From a virus: DNA of 64,000 nt. Below are positions 11,019-21,736 of this stretch, in pieces. The stretch spans positions 1 to 64,000 of the IMG/VR virus record IMGVR_UViG_3300030060_002740; one strand, written 5' to 3'. The stretch's first letter is position 1, and every line of letters begins with the position of its first letter. Made by a program: the position numbers and the translations under genes. Under the pieces are notes generated by a model that worked only from the letters and a program-made list of their open reading frames with translations, was not told the DNA's origin and did not search any database.

Positions 11019-11713
11019 ATCTCCATTTTTTCTTCTGAATTTAGTGTGTCGTGTATTCTTTTTGCTAATACACTGCCAATTCCATCTAACGCACACAATT
11101 CATTAGATGAGGCTTCTCCAATTTCCATTATTGAGCCGAATGTGTCAATGAGAGCCTTTGCTTTCTTCTCACTGACACCTTTTATTGTTGTTAGCACATC
11201 AATTCTTAAATCAGTAGTGCTAATCTTACGTTTCTTTACTATTCGGGGAGTATAAACTTCCCTATCGTGGGGTTGCATCTTACAGACAACACAAATTAGT
11301 TGTGCTGCTATTTTTTCGTTCTTAACCCATAATAATGTGCAATCTGTATCTAAAATTATCTTTCCCATTGCACCATAGAACTTTTTCTTTAGTATTACGC
11401 TCTGTGTTGCTTTAGGCATAGTAGATTTAGAGTGCGATAGTTGCGTTTGTAGTGCATCTTCTACTGTTCCGTATAGAATAACTATGTTATTGTCAAACGC
11501 TCTATCCATGTTGTCCATTTGATTCCAAAGTCTGTTATTGACAATAGACTGCAAGAAATCAAAAGATGACTTTGCTTCAAAACAAACATCGTTGAAAATA
11601 TAATCACCAATATCCAACCATTCCTTTTCAGTTGGTATATTCAGTTCAGATGCTTTTTCTAACACTTGTTTTGTTAACTCAGAGTTTTCTCTACTGTCTA
11701 TCTTTAGTTTCAA
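11015..11713 (-). CDS. ERCC4/XPF-family structure-specific nuclease with C-terminal HhH
   Basis: IDSRE, GDYI, FEAKS motifs; HhH IKGVSEKKA...DGIGSVLA. Confidence 0.85.
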   Translation of the reverse strand: MKLKIDSRENSELTKQVLEKASELNIPTEKEWLDIGDYIFNDVCFEAKSSFDFLQSIVNNRLWNQMDNMDRAFDNNIVILYGTVEDALQTQLSHSKSTMPKATQSVILKKKFYGAMGKIILDTDCTLLWVKNEKIAAQLICVVCKMQPHDREVYTPRIVKKRKISTTDLRIDVLTTIKGVSEKKAKALIDTFGSIMEIGEASSNELCALDGIGSVLAKRIHDTLNSEEKMEI

Positions 11714-12708
11714 TCTACATACCTCCAACACTTTCCTACACAATACCCCTGTGCAATTAGTTTATTGCAACTCGGAGTATGATATCCTTTAGAAACTATG
11801 CCACTAACATACATCTTGGTAACGTCATAATTCCAATCCAACCAGACTTCATCAAGTGAAGCAATCTTCTGTAACTCAACCATAATAGTACCAATTACTT
11901 TTTCTTGTTGTTCAAGCGAAATGTTTCTTTCTCTTCCGGTAAGTAAATCTCTCCACCAATGTATGAGATACACTCTTGCATTATGACTTGGGTTTTCAAC
12001 CATAACTGAATTATGCAAGCAAGGTAGTATCGGTAAACTACCAACAGACTTAGGCATCTCAACCTCTATGTCAGAAGCCTCTATTGGTACTACTGATGGA
12101 AACTTAATTCTCTTTGAGCCGTATCTAATGTCTAGTGGTACAATGTTCTTTGCTGATTGTAGTATCAAATCTAAATCTTCTAACTTGTAGTTGATTGGAA
12201 TACAGAAGTAAGATTTGTCTTCATCATAGGTAGTGCTGAGATTCATCGAATTGGGTATTCTTCTCAAGCGATTTATCTGAATACCACTACTATCCAAAGT
12301 AGGATGGTCTTTAGCCAACTCGGTATAATACTGCTGAATGCACCGGATATCATTTACTTGCTCTCCTAGTGCAATTATGTGGAAGCCTTTACCACTAAAG
12401 TAACTTCTGAACATGATGTCTTGTGATTCTAACTTTTTAGCAACTTCAACGAAGTCTTTGTGTGCTAGTTCAAGTGGTTTACCATGTGCATCAAAATCCA
12501 AAAACATCCTGTCTAATATAACAGAGGAATCAATCTGAGTATTATCGTTGATATCTGCGAAATCATAGACTGTTGTATAGCAGTTCATCTTCCCGTTGAA
12601 TTGGTTGAACCAATCGAGAAACTCACTTTTTGTTTTTACTACCCTTCTTCTCATTTGTGGTGCGTGTCTTAGATGACTTCCCGCCCACACTACTCTCGGA
12701 AACTTCAT
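11710..12708 (-). CDS. Archaeo-eukaryotic primase, PriS-PriL(Fe-S) fusion
   Basis: FLDFD, FSGKGFH, RLRRIPN; C-terminal LPCL...HNARV...PSC...C...C cluster as in PriL. Confidence 0.85.
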   Translation of the reverse strand: MKFPRVVWAGSHLRHAPQMRRRVVKTKSEFLDWFNQFNGKMNCYTTVYDFADINDNTQIDSSVILDRMFLDFDAHGKPLELAHKDFVEVAKKLESQDIMFRSYFSGKGFHIIALGEQVNDIRCIQQYYTELAKDHPTLDSSGIQINRLRRIPNSMNLSTTYDEDKSYFCIPINYKLEDLDLILQSAKNIVPLDIRYGSKRIKFPSVVPIEASDIEVEMPKSVGSLPILPCLHNSVMVENPSHNARVYLIHWWRDLLTGRERNISLEQQEKVIGTIMVELQKIASLDEVWLDWNYDVTKMYVSGIVSKGYHTPSCNKLIAQGYCVGKCWRYVD

Positions 12709-13021
12709 TTGTATTATCCTCCTTTTTATTAAAATTAATTTTAGCAGTTGTCAATTCTAACTTAACTGCATTTGCAACTGATTCTTTTAACTTAGTTGAT
12801 GCAATAGAATAGAATTCCTGTCCTATATCTTCCCATACTAAATCCAACTTTTCCTTAGCGGATAGTTCTGCGTAAATAGCATTTGCGAATCCTTCTACAA
12901 CACTGGTCATATTCTGCAATTCGGCAAAAGTCCAGTCTTTGTCTTTCAACATTGTTTTTACCCTTTCATCAATTGTTATTGTTTCATCACTCATTTCTTT
13001 TTCTTCCTTCATTATAGCCAC
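12623..13021 (-). CDS. Hypothetical protein
   Basis: ORF on the operon strand; no motif recognised. Confidence 0.4.
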   Translation of the reverse strand: MAIMKEEKEMSDETITIDERVKTMLKDKDWTFAELQNMTSVVEGFANAIYAELSAKEKLDLVWEDIGQEFYSIASTKLKESVANAVKLELTTAKINFNKKEDNTNEVSESSVGGKSSKTRTTNEKKGSKNKK

Positions 13022-13902
13022 CCCGATGACTGCGCTTCGTCACAAATTGAGTAGTATGAACAGTTGGGACAACTGCGAGGTTTGTAATCTGTTGGGAATA
13101 CTCCTCTTTCATATGCGTGAACAATATTTGCTAATCTCTTCAACAGAGCAGTAGTGCTTGCCTTCTTTACTTCTTCAAGGTGCATAACGTTATTCTTAGG
13201 AAAGAACCAAGCCCAATGCGTTATTTGTTTATCTCTTGTTAGACCCAATGCTTCTATATCTTCATCTGTCGCATTATCAAACAATAACTTGTAGAAAGCC
13301 ATTTCCAATCTCATATTAGATGCTTTACTACTATGATTGTACTTTCCTGTTTTTAGTTCCATAGGTATGTATCCTTCTTCGACTTCAAACATTCTATCTA
13401 TAATTCCTTGCAGATGAACGATGTAATCTCCTTCTAATCTAATCGAAGGAAAGTCCTCACGCCTTATCTCAAACTTGGCATTCAAAGTTGCCTCGTTAAT
13501 TACAGGTAAGAAAGAATCCAATGTTCCTTCTTCTTTAGCATCTAAGAATCTATTTGCTTCAAATGAAGCAATAGTTTCATACATGTAACTCATCTCATCT
13601 AAAGGAAAGAGAGTGTAACAATAATTCAACAACTCGTCGGATGAAAGATTCTCAGCCTTAGCAATGTCAAAATCATTAAAGAAGTCCTCTCTTGCATTGT
13701 GAACTAAAGTTCCTTGATACATTGCTTCTGTTGTATCTTGTGGCTTCTGTTCAATGTAATTAAACTCATATTTCTTAGGACACCATTTGAACCCCATAAA
13801 CGAGGATTTGGTTATCTTAAGTATAGGTAAACTATCATCACCATATGTTTTAGGATTCCATTGGTATGTGTATTCATTTGTATTACTGCTTGGTCTGCTC
13901 AT
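13012..13902 (-). CDS. Cas4-like PD-(D/E)XK exonuclease
   Basis: WCPKK, GTLVH, GIIDR, ELKTG, C-terminal CPNCSYYSIC (four-Cys cluster). Confidence 0.85.
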   Translation of the reverse strand: MSRPSSNTNEYTYQWNPKTYGDDSLPILKITKSSFMGFKWCPKKYEFNYIEQKPQDTTEAMYQGTLVHNAREDFFNDFDIAKAENLSSDELLNYCYTLFPLDEMSYMYETIASFEANRFLDAKEEGTLDSFLPVINEATLNAKFEIRREDFPSIRLEGDYIVHLQGIIDRMFEVEEGYIPMELKTGKYNHSSKASNMRLEMAFYKLLFDNATDEDIEALGLTRDKQITHWAWFFPKNNVMHLEEVKKASTTALLKRLANIVHAYERGVFPTDYKPRSCPNCSYYSICDEAQSSGWL

Positions 13903-14320
13903 TTCTTATTCTCTCCATATATTTTTTTCTTCTTTCTATTGCGTTTAGTTTTTCTAATTCTGAACTATTGTTTCTTCGATTCATCTTTCTTTGTTTTATA
14001 ACCTTATCAACTTCCTCTAAGTTACTTACGATACAATCATTGCACTTGCAACCTTCGGGACATTCAGTTGATTCAGTTAATTCAGGTGCATCAACCAACC
14101 CCATCTTAGGCATTCCCTTTTCTACATACACTTGATATCCTATTACATATTTAGGTTTATCAAACATTATAGTTTGGGCTATGAAGTCTTCCTTTAATTC
14201 TACTACTTCTCTTGTAGAAGTTACTTTTGGTGGTCTAAACCTTTGATAGAGTTTGATTAACTTATCAACTCTTTTTTGGTTAGACCATGATAGGGATTTG
14301 TATATTCTCTTCAAAACCAT
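13883..14320 (-). CDS. Hypothetical protein with Cys cluster
   Basis: CPEGCKCNDC; overlaps both neighbours. Confidence 0.45.
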   Translation of the reverse strand: MVLKRIYKSLSWSNQKRVDKLIKLYQRFRPPKVTSTREVVELKEDFIAQTIMFDKPKYVIGYQVYVEKGMPKMGLVDAPELTESTECPEGCKCNDCIVSNLEEVDKVIKQRKMNRRNNSSELEKLNAIERRKKYMERIRNEQTKQ

Positions 14321-15231
14321 TCATCCAACTCCGTTTGATTGTTATCTTTCATTATCTTAGATACATCCCACCCCATTGCTTCATAGATAGGTTCGGCTTT
14401 ACTTACAATAGAAGAAGCATAATGCCTGTAATCAGGTGTGTATCCTTCCAACTCAGCATAGGTGCTTTTTGAGATGTACCTTGGACTGACATATGTTTTA
14501 TTCATAGGATGGTAATACGTATCTGTAATATTGACTATTTTCAGATACAAGTACGAGTCATCTATCTCGTTGTCAGGATTTGTGTAATTGTGATAGATTA
14601 CTCCTTCTATACCTGAACCTATAATTGCTCTCTTGCCTTCTAATGTTACATATGTAGGATTATTGCAACAAACTTTAGTTGGGTCATTTACTAAATCCAT
14701 CAGCGATATCTTAGGGTTCTTTCTCTTAGAATAGAATCCTTCCTTTGTACAATTACTACATTTGACGTTGAACCTTTCTTCACGATATCTACTTCGTTGT
14801 GCAAGTTTGGATATTTCAATATCTCCACTCAAAACTCTTCGATACTCAGACTGTAAGAAAGAAGTTATCTCTTCTTCTGTCTGTTCTTTAACCCATCTGT
14901 CTAAGACTTCTAATTGAATCTCCTTAGCAAGAGGAGTGATTGCTACTCTCTTTGCCGTGAATCCTGTCATTGTGAATTGTAACTCATCGAGAAACTCTCC
15001 GTCTTTCCATGATATCAGACCTGCATTTCTATTCTTTTTACATCCCACACCCAACGTCTTGAAGAACTTCTCAAACTCTAAGGTTACAGGGTGTTCCTCT
15101 AATCCCAACAAGTTTGGAAACTTCTCCCTGACATGAGCATTGAGAATCTGTAAAACATCTTCTGCCTTACTAATATCATCATCTCCCATCTCTACATAGA
15201 TGGAATCTGTGTGTCCATAAACTACTTTCAT
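14311..15231 (-). CDS. polB: Family B DNA polymerase, C-terminal subunit (motif C + thumb)
   Basis: Begins KVVYGHTDS (motif C variant), LEFEK, KKNRNAG; Zn-finger-like insert. Confidence 0.85.
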   Translation of the reverse strand: MKVVYGHTDSIYVEMGDDDISKAEDVLQILNAHVREKFPNLLGLEEHPVTLEFEKFFKTLGVGCKKNRNAGLISWKDGEFLDELQFTMTGFTAKRVAITPLAKEIQLEVLDRWVKEQTEEEITSFLQSEYRRVLSGDIEISKLAQRSRYREERFNVKCSNCTKEGFYSKRKNPKISLMDLVNDPTKVCCNNPTYVTLEGKRAIIGSGIEGVIYHNYTNPDNEIDDSYLYLKIVNITDTYYHPMNKTYVSPRYISKSTYAELEGYTPDYRHYASSIVSKAEPIYEAMGWDVSKIMKDNNQTELDEWF

Positions 15232-16925
15232 TATAATTCCCTCACTTTGAATGCCGCTTCTCTGATAGCCTCTCTTGCACTTGCAGTGATACTTGCGGCT
15301 AAATCAACGTTAGCCCAACCAAACCCCTGATATGCAATAATACCATAGAAAGAGGCCATCAATCTCTTTACTGCTAACTGGTTGTTATTCCACTTGTTAA
15401 ACTCTGATTTGTCTTTAGCACTCTTCATGTTTTTCTTATACTCATTACGAAGTTTTTTCAGTTCCAATACCGCTTTTGGTAAAAGACCTAACCTATCCGT
15501 TTTGAAATACATCATCCTCTTTTCTTTGACCTCGGAGAAATCTCTTGGTATTGCCAAATTGACTGCGAACTCTGTTGGTTCAAGTGAAATTGTTTCCCAA
15601 GATATATTTCGTGATACAATCATACTTGGATATAGACCTGCAAAATCAAATGCGGCAACATTGTTGTGAATGCCATTTGTGCCTTGTGTGAGGGGATTGT
15701 ATATCATAGCCCCGTCATAGTCCTTGCGTTCCCCTTTGCGTCCCGTAGGAGCCTTCCAAGAGGCATTACGCATGAAATATATTCCACCCATGTTACTTGC
15801 ATAGAAGCAAGCGTCAAATGGAGCAATCAGGAGTTTCTGCAAAGCCAAAACCGCATCAATACAATGATTATTCTCATCAATCTTTACTAACAACTCAACG
15901 TCCTTCTCAGCATATTCTAAGTAAGTATCTGCATCTTCTGTCCATGCCTTCTTGAAGAAGTCATTCTTATCAGGAAACTTTTCACTTACTAACTTCTTTT
16001 CACCCAAAATGGTTTCTGAAACATAGTCCAATGAAAGAGAAGGCAATGTTCCCTTCTGTGCATCATTCCATTGACGCTCAAAGACCAAATCTAATGCCAC
16101 TGTGATAACACCCTTAATTGGTTGATTGATAGGTGAGAACCTTTCTACTCTTGATTTCCAAATACTAGGTGAATTATTCTTCCAACCTATACCTGTAATC
16201 TCCCCAAACGGAGACATTACTCTTGGGTCTAATTCATGGTGAACCATGCGTATCAATAACTTAGGTAAGTCGAACTTCCACCCGAACCAAGAGATAAGCA
16301 TATCAGGCTCTTTATCTACAAACATAGCCATGAATCTTGAGAGCATATGCCTTTCGTTTCTACAAACTATTAGTTCGCTTGAGTCAACAAACCTTTCTTC
16401 ATTGATATCAACATTAGATGGATACCATACAAACGTGTAGTATTTTTCATCAAAGTTATCGTAAACTACGATACAGGTGATTGCTTCATTGTACTCTCCA
16501 CTTTGCATCCACTCCATATCCCAATACCATTTTCTTGGTTTCTGTTCAGGAATATCATCTAGTTCATCAACTGCATATCTGTAATAATGGGCAACATCTG
16601 CTTCATATGTATCAATGCCCATCTTATCTAATGCAGTCCTAATGTCCTTAGCATATCTAGGATGATTAGGAGTCCATGTGACTTTATCCAAAGGTTCACC
16701 GTAGAGATTATTCTCTTCCGTTCTTTCAGAACTAACTTCTAACCTAAAACTACCATGATTGTCTTTACAGGGTATAGATATATCTCTATCAACAGTCCCT
16801 CTATCAACATAGAAGTATGGTCTAAACTCTGAATGAGACACAATCTTAGATTGAATCTCACCATCAGTGTTTCTCCACCTTACTCCTATTCCTTCTTCTA
16901 AATTACATATTATCATTATTATCAC
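15231..16925 (-). CDS. polB: Family B DNA polymerase, N-terminal subunit (exonuclease + motifs A, B)
   Basis: WDMEW, FGWKFDLP, YAEKD, DFAGLYPS, KRLMASFYG. Confidence 0.9.
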   Translation of the reverse strand: MIIMIICNLEEGIGVRWRNTDGEIQSKIVSHSEFRPYFYVDRGTVDRDISIPCKDNHGSFRLEVSSERTEENNLYGEPLDKVTWTPNHPRYAKDIRTALDKMGIDTYEADVAHYYRYAVDELDDIPEQKPRKWYWDMEWMQSGEYNEAITCIVVYDNFDEKYYTFVWYPSNVDINEERFVDSSELIVCRNERHMLSRFMAMFVDKEPDMLISWFGWKFDLPKLLIRMVHHELDPRVMSPFGEITGIGWKNNSPSIWKSRVERFSPINQPIKGVITVALDLVFERQWNDAQKGTLPSLSLDYVSETILGEKKLVSEKFPDKNDFFKKAWTEDADTYLEYAEKDVELLVKIDENNHCIDAVLALQKLLIAPFDACFYASNMGGIYFMRNASWKAPTGRKGERKDYDGAMIYNPLTQGTNGIHNNVAAFDFAGLYPSMIVSRNISWETISLEPTEFAVNLAIPRDFSEVKEKRMMYFKTDRLGLLPKAVLELKKLRNEYKKNMKSAKDKSEFNKWNNNQLAVKRLMASFYGIIAYQGFGWANVDLAASITASAREAIREAAFKVREL

Positions 16926-17698
16926 CTATTGATGTACGGTGCTTTCAAAAGCATTCTTGTCGGTGTTACAAACAAGATTGGTGCGTCATCTTTAATGTAA
17001 AGACGAACTGTTCCTTTGAGGAACTTGGAAACTTGACCATTGAACTCAACAGTAGCATCTTCGCCTTCTGACATTGTAGTTTCAATAACTACATCAAACT
17101 TATCGGTTATGCTTTTCCTACTTGACATGATTAGACTTTCTTCTTGTTCATCATAATCAAACTTGTATCGTGCAAGCCCAACAACATCACAACTCTTACT
17201 TGCTGAAAGTATCTCGTCTTCCGATATAACTACCTCAGTCTTGTATTCTGTTTTGCCGAAGGTAGGCATACCTTCACCCATACTACGCAATGTCTTGTGA
17301 AAGACTTCTCCTCTACTAATCATATTGGGTGTAGGGTGTTCTTCTACTAACGGAACTCTTGCAGTTGAACTATCGTTCTTTATCGTCAGATAGTCTCCGA
17401 ACTCCAAAGTAACTAGTCCTGTAAACCCCTTGAGATACTTTACAGTTTTCTCAATATCAATTATAGTTCTACCACTTGTAGTGAGTTGGCCCTCATCTAA
17501 TCTTAGACGGATAACTGCCATGTTTATGTTATCTGCATTGTATGCTACAAGATAATCTCCCTCTGTCTTCAATAGTGCATAGTTACTAACCTGTCCATTC
17601 TTGGAAGTATCACCACTATTGTATTTACCTTTAACCGCAATCTCTTCAATTAATTCTCTAAATATATTTACTTCTATTTCTAATTCCATTTTAATCAT
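16922..17698 (-). CDS. PCNA-like sliding clamp (putative)
   Basis: 258 aa with a two-domain alpha/beta pattern ending DDAPILF...MLLKAP as in PCNA; adjacent to polB, with RFC genes nearby. Confidence 0.6.
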   Translation of the reverse strand: MIKMELEIEVNIFRELIEEIAVKGKYNSGDTSKNGQVSNYALLKTEGDYLVAYNADNINMAVIRLRLDEGQLTTSGRTIIDIEKTVKYLKGFTGLVTLEFGDYLTIKNDSSTARVPLVEEHPTPNMISRGEVFHKTLRSMGEGMPTFGKTEYKTEVVISEDEILSASKSCDVVGLARYKFDYDEQEESLIMSSRKSITDKFDVVIETTMSEGEDATVEFNGQVSKFLKGTVRLYIKDDAPILFVTPTRMLLKAPYINR

Positions 17699-17753
17699 CT
17701 CTTTTGTGAAGATATCCCTACCCCTTTCAGGGTAGGAGATACCTTCTTTGTGT

Positions 17754-18047
17754 TCATCCCCAAATGAACTTCTGTTCTTTTCTCATGCTCAATATCCTTT
17801 CTGAACATGAAGGGCAGAAAAACTGATTCTTACCCAAAGTCTTCAAGAAACGCCAACCTTGTGCTTTTGCTACTTGTTTAATTTCAGTAGCATTACGCGC
17901 ATCAATTACTTTCAGGTCTATACATTTCTTGCATTTTATTCGTTCCCCCTTTACTGCAACTGAAGGATGACCAACACACTCCAAATGTAGCATTGTTGTG
18001 TATTGTCTAATCCTCTCAACGTTCATCCAATCTTCGCTTTCACTCAT
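17754..18047 (-). CDS. Small zinc-finger protein
   Basis: CKKC...GW...FCPSC. Confidence 0.5.
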   Translation of the reverse strand: MSESEDWMNVERIRQYTTMLHLECVGHPSVAVKGERIKCKKCIDLKVIDARNATEIKQVAKAQGWRFLKTLGKNQFFCPSCSERILSMRKEQKFIWG

Positions 18048-18883
18048 TACATTTCACCTGCCTTTATCTCCTCAACACCCGTCCAATCAATTTGACCATC
18101 TTTGATGGATAGAACCAACCTTCGTGAACCAATCAATTGTGGCTTTCTCGCACTTGCCTCAAAGAGAGCATGGTACTCAGCACCATTCTTTCTGATATCT
18201 CGGTTCATTCGTATTGTGGAAGTAAAGATGTCTTCTGTTGAAGAATGCCAATTAGCCTCTACACCAACAGGATTTGGATTACCCGAATACTTATCTTTAG
18301 AATGAGCAATCACTATTCGATGGCAAGGCATCTCTAATATCTGCTTATGCAAGAAGTTCTTGTAAGGAGTGTTTCTATCTCCCCAAACGTAAGGAGGTTG
18401 CTTGATAACTGCATCAGCATCCATCTTGTGCTTTTCACGCATCTTTGTTTCGCAGACATCTGTAAGTAGTTTATCTGCTCCATCTAAGATAACCGCTTTT
18501 AGTTTACCTTCATTCAAACATTCCATAGCCATTTCATAGAAGGTTCTTGCATTTTCCATAGTAGCATCAAAGTCAACTAAACTGTCTTCCTTACGCTCTA
18601 TTGGATTATCAACAACAATATTATCTATGTTCTTGTAATGATTTCTTTTCACATCAATAGCACGATTATCGAAATCAAAAACATATACTTTCATGCCGTT
18701 TGCAATATCCTCTTCTGTTAAGATATCTAATGCAATAGCAGTCTTAGCAGTTTTAGGTTCTCCCCATATGCCAAGACACATGAAAGATATAGCAACTTGT
18801 GCTTTATGTCTTATCTTCTCTAATCGTTCTTTCTTTCTTTCTTCAAACGTTTTGGTTGTTCTAGTATTTGCGTTCCAACTCAT
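18047..18883 (-). CDS. Sak4/RadA-like (AAA_24) ATPase, probable recombinase
   Basis: GEPKTAKT Walker A, VFDFD, VILDG Walker B, IVIAH. Confidence 0.7.
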   Translation of the reverse strand: MSWNANTRTTKTFEERKKERLEKIRHKAQVAISFMCLGIWGEPKTAKTAIALDILTEEDIANGMKVYVFDFDNRAIDVKRNHYKNIDNIVVDNPIERKEDSLVDFDATMENARTFYEMAMECLNEGKLKAVILDGADKLLTDVCETKMREKHKMDADAVIKQPPYVWGDRNTPYKNFLHKQILEMPCHRIVIAHSKDKYSGNPNPVGVEANWHSSTEDIFTSTIRMNRDIRKNGAEYHALFEASARKPQLIGSRRLVLSIKDGQIDWTGVEEIKAGEM

Positions 18884-19148
18884 TGTAATCCCTATTCCTA
18901 TACACTACTAACGGATTTCCTATTGCTTCTAATATCTCATTCAATCCATTATAGTCAACTTTTATTCTTATTTCCTTTCCTGAAAGAGTATGTAATTTAA
19001 GCCAATATTCATTACTCTTGTTTTGGTTTTGTTTCCACGTAGTAAAATCTACATTGCTTGCTCTGATTGCATAACTCTGACCATGTATAACACTGTCATC
19101 ATCAGCATAAGAGGTTATTTTATATTCATCATAATATCCTTTATTCAT
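18861..19148 (-). CDS. Hypothetical protein
   Basis: AGGAG RBS upstream; no motif recognised. Confidence 0.5.
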   Translation of the reverse strand: MNKGYYDEYKITSYADDDSVIHGQSYAIRASNVDFTTWKQNQNKSNEYWLKLHTLSGKEIRIKVDYNGLNEILEAIGNPLVVYRNRDYNELERKY

Positions 19149-19226
19149 GTTTATTTCTCCTTTTTATAGTAAGGGGCGTTGCACCCCTAAGACCAACAAT
19201 ATGTGTATGGCTACACCTTTAGGTAA

Positions 19227-20480
19227 TCAGACTGGCATCCAGTCATCATCGAAGTCATCGTCATTCTCATCAATGTGAGTGATTTCTTCGGGGCTTCCGC
19301 CTCTTGCCTTTGTTACAAGAATACCTGTAACGTTGATGGAGATGGGTCTTAGGTTTCCATCTTCATCTGTTCCTTGTGATGTTCTTCCTACAACAACCAC
19401 GTTAGAACCCGTACCGAAATCTATGTCTATATGTGGTGGTGTCCAACAGGTAATAGAATCATCCCATGAAAAGTCAGCAACATTTTCCAAGTTGTAATCT
19501 GACATATGGAACAATCTGTTTCCGTTCTTTGTTGGGTTCATGTTAACAGTTGTTACTTGTCCATCACTGAAGATGTATCTATCGTTGTAGTTAGTCTTGG
19601 TTTGTAACTCATTGTGAGCCAACTCTAAATCAACCACTGCGAAGAAATTGTCTCCACTATACTCCATGAGTGATTCCCTCATGTCTACTGTTGACATATC
19701 CTTCTTACGGGCATCTTCATCAGAAAGTTCACTGTTATATGCAAGAGTTCCAAGAGTGTGTGCCTTGCCCCCATGTATCTTAGTATTATCACTTGAGTTT
19801 ATGATACACTCAAAGTGAACCCACTCAAACGTCTTAGGGTTGAAATCCTTAGACGACGGGCCTTTGTAGTTGAAGTAATACTTCCCCATGTTACCTTCAA
19901 CTTCTCCGATAAACACTGCTGACCTTCTCCACTCGGAAGCGGGTAGTGGCTTACCATAGCGAGCCTTATTCCATTCAGCATCGTTAGTATCAAGAGGAAC
20001 TACAAAGGTTCCATCTTCCATATCAACACTATTAGCAGGTAGACTCACCATCATCTTCATCAGTTCTTCTCCTTCTCTTACCATTCTTGCTTGATATTTA
20101 CCATCATCAGTTAGAGTAAACACTGCAACTTGTCCTAAGTTGTAGGTTGTATCCCTATCTCTACGATAGTCTGCTACTATTCTTTCATTCTGCATAGCAA
20201 GCATATCTCTTGCATCATCAACACTTACAAAATAACCGAATGCCGTCTTATACCATCCACCGGATGAACCCGATGTGTTGGCAGTGGTAGTGTTCTTCTG
20301 CGCCCTTAACGCATTGTTGTAGAACTCCTTCCACAAGTTTAGAGCCAACATAGGCTCTACACTCACATTGACGTTGTTCTTGGAACATATCTCCTCAAAC
20401 CTCGCCAACGCTTCTGCTTCGGTATAACCGATAGCATCAGCAGTTTTTGCTATTGCTTGTCTTACTTCATTTTCATTCAT
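19227..20480 (-). CDS. Putative single-stranded DNA-binding protein (RPA/OB-fold)
   Basis: C-terminal OB-fold-like strands (GSNVVVVGRT...INVTGI); acidic tail DENDDDFDDDWMPV; near the recombinase. Confidence 0.6.
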   Translation of the reverse strand: MNENEVRQAIAKTADAIGYTEAEALARFEEICSKNNVNVSVEPMLALNLWKEFYNNALRAQKNTTTANTSGSSGGWYKTAFGYFVSVDDARDMLAMQNERIVADYRRDRDTTYNLGQVAVFTLTDDGKYQARMVREGEELMKMMVSLPANSVDMEDGTFVVPLDTNDAEWNKARYGKPLPASEWRRSAVFIGEVEGNMGKYYFNYKGPSSKDFNPKTFEWVHFECIINSSDNTKIHGGKAHTLGTLAYNSELSDEDARKKDMSTVDMRESLMEYSGDNFFAVVDLELAHNELQTKTNYNDRYIFSDGQVTTVNMNPTKNGNRLFHMSDYNLENVADFSWDDSITCWTPPHIDIDFGTGSNVVVVGRTSQGTDEDGNLRPISINVTGILVTKARGGSPEEITHIDENDDDFDDDWMPV

Positions 20481-20736
20481 TTTCTTTTTCCTCCATTTGT
20501 CGCTTTCGCTTTTTTTCATATTTTATTTCCACTAATCCTTCTGTCAGCATGACTAAGCCACACATTATCCAAAAGAAATTGGAATCTACGCTGATATAAT
20601 TTAGCGTGTTTAGTATAGGTAGCACTATCAGCAAAGCACCACCTAACGCTATTATCTCATATCGAAGCAGTAGATGTTCTACATCTTGTAGGTCTACTAC
20701 TCCGTCTTCATTAAAGTCTAATCTTGACATTACCAT
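20473..20736 (-). CDS. Small membrane protein with EF-hand/dockerin-like loop
   Basis: DFNEDGVVDLQD followed by two hydrophobic segments. Confidence 0.55.
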   Translation of the reverse strand: MVMSRLDFNEDGVVDLQDVEHLLLRYEIIALGGALLIVLPILNTLNYISVDSNFFWIMCGLVMLTEGLVEIKYEKKRKRQMEEKENE

Positions 20737-20815
20737 TTTCTCCTTCTTCTTCCTGTAAGGTCTATTCTTAATATAAATCTCAATACAATATACCCAAGTA
20801 AAACTATCTCAACCA

Positions 20816-21736
20816 TTATACCATCTGTCCTATCATCCAAGATGCCAACACTTTAGGAGTCATATTACTACTTCTCCATTCGGCTTCCCCAACTACACGG
20901 AGTAACTTGAACTTAGACTGTCGCCCTACATCCGTCTTCAAAATAATATCGTGTAGATTTACACAGATGGTTTTCATATCAGTAGACGTGTGTATCAATT
21001 TATGCACCTTCTCCAAAGCATTAGTATGGTTATTCTCAATTATCATGTTTATTATTTCAGAGTATGGCTCAAGGCTCTTGTCTATCTGACTTTGTAGGCT
21101 TCTATTTGAAGAGGATGAAGCCTGTAATTCGTTAATCCCTCGTCTTAAATCACCCTGCAAATAGGTAATGAAGGTTTCTAAGTCTTCATCTGAGTACCTA
21201 TTAATGTTTTCAGAATCCAAGATATTTCTCAAAATACTGAACATATTATCAGAAGAAATCCTCTTGAATCCATAGTTAGCACACCTTGAAAGCAAGGGTG
21301 AGATAATCTTGTGTCTATCATTGCAAGTGATGATGAATCTACAATTGTCAGAGTATCTCTCCATCACTCTCTTGAGAGCATTCTGAGCATCCTTCGTCAT
21401 ACCATCCATCTCATCAAGAAGTATAATCTTGAATGGTGCTTCACCCAATCTCTTAGTTGTTGCAATATCCTTAATCTTCGTTCTTACAGTTTCTAATTTT
21501 CTGTCATCAGAAGCATTGATTTCAAAGAAATTACCTTCCCTGTCCTCTCCTAATATATCATTCACTAGTGAGATGGATGCTGCGGTTTTACCTGTTCCCG
21601 CAACACCATACAAAATCACATTAGGCATATTTCTGTTTAGCACCCAATGTTCAGCATCGTGAACAAAGTTACTCTGTCCTACTATACCACTCAAAGCGGT
21701 TGGTCTATATTTTTCAGTCCATAACATTTTCATCAT
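20816..21736 (-). CDS. rfcS: Replication factor C small subunit (clamp loader)
   Basis: WTEKYRP, GVAGTGKT, EINASD, LDEMD, AQNALKR, SRC. Confidence 0.95.
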   Translation of the reverse strand: MMKMLWTEKYRPTALSGIVGQSNFVHDAEHWVLNRNMPNVILYGVAGTGKTAASISLVNDILGEDREGNFFEINASDDRKLETVRTKIKDIATTKRLGEAPFKIILLDEMDGMTKDAQNALKRVMERYSDNCRFIITCNDRHKIISPLLSRCANYGFKRISSDNMFSILRNILDSENINRYSDEDLETFITYLQGDLRRGINELQASSSSNRSLQSQIDKSLEPYSEIINMIIENNHTNALEKVHKLIHTSTDMKTICVNLHDIILKTDVGRQSKFKLLRVVGEAEWRSSNMTPKVLASWMIGQMV

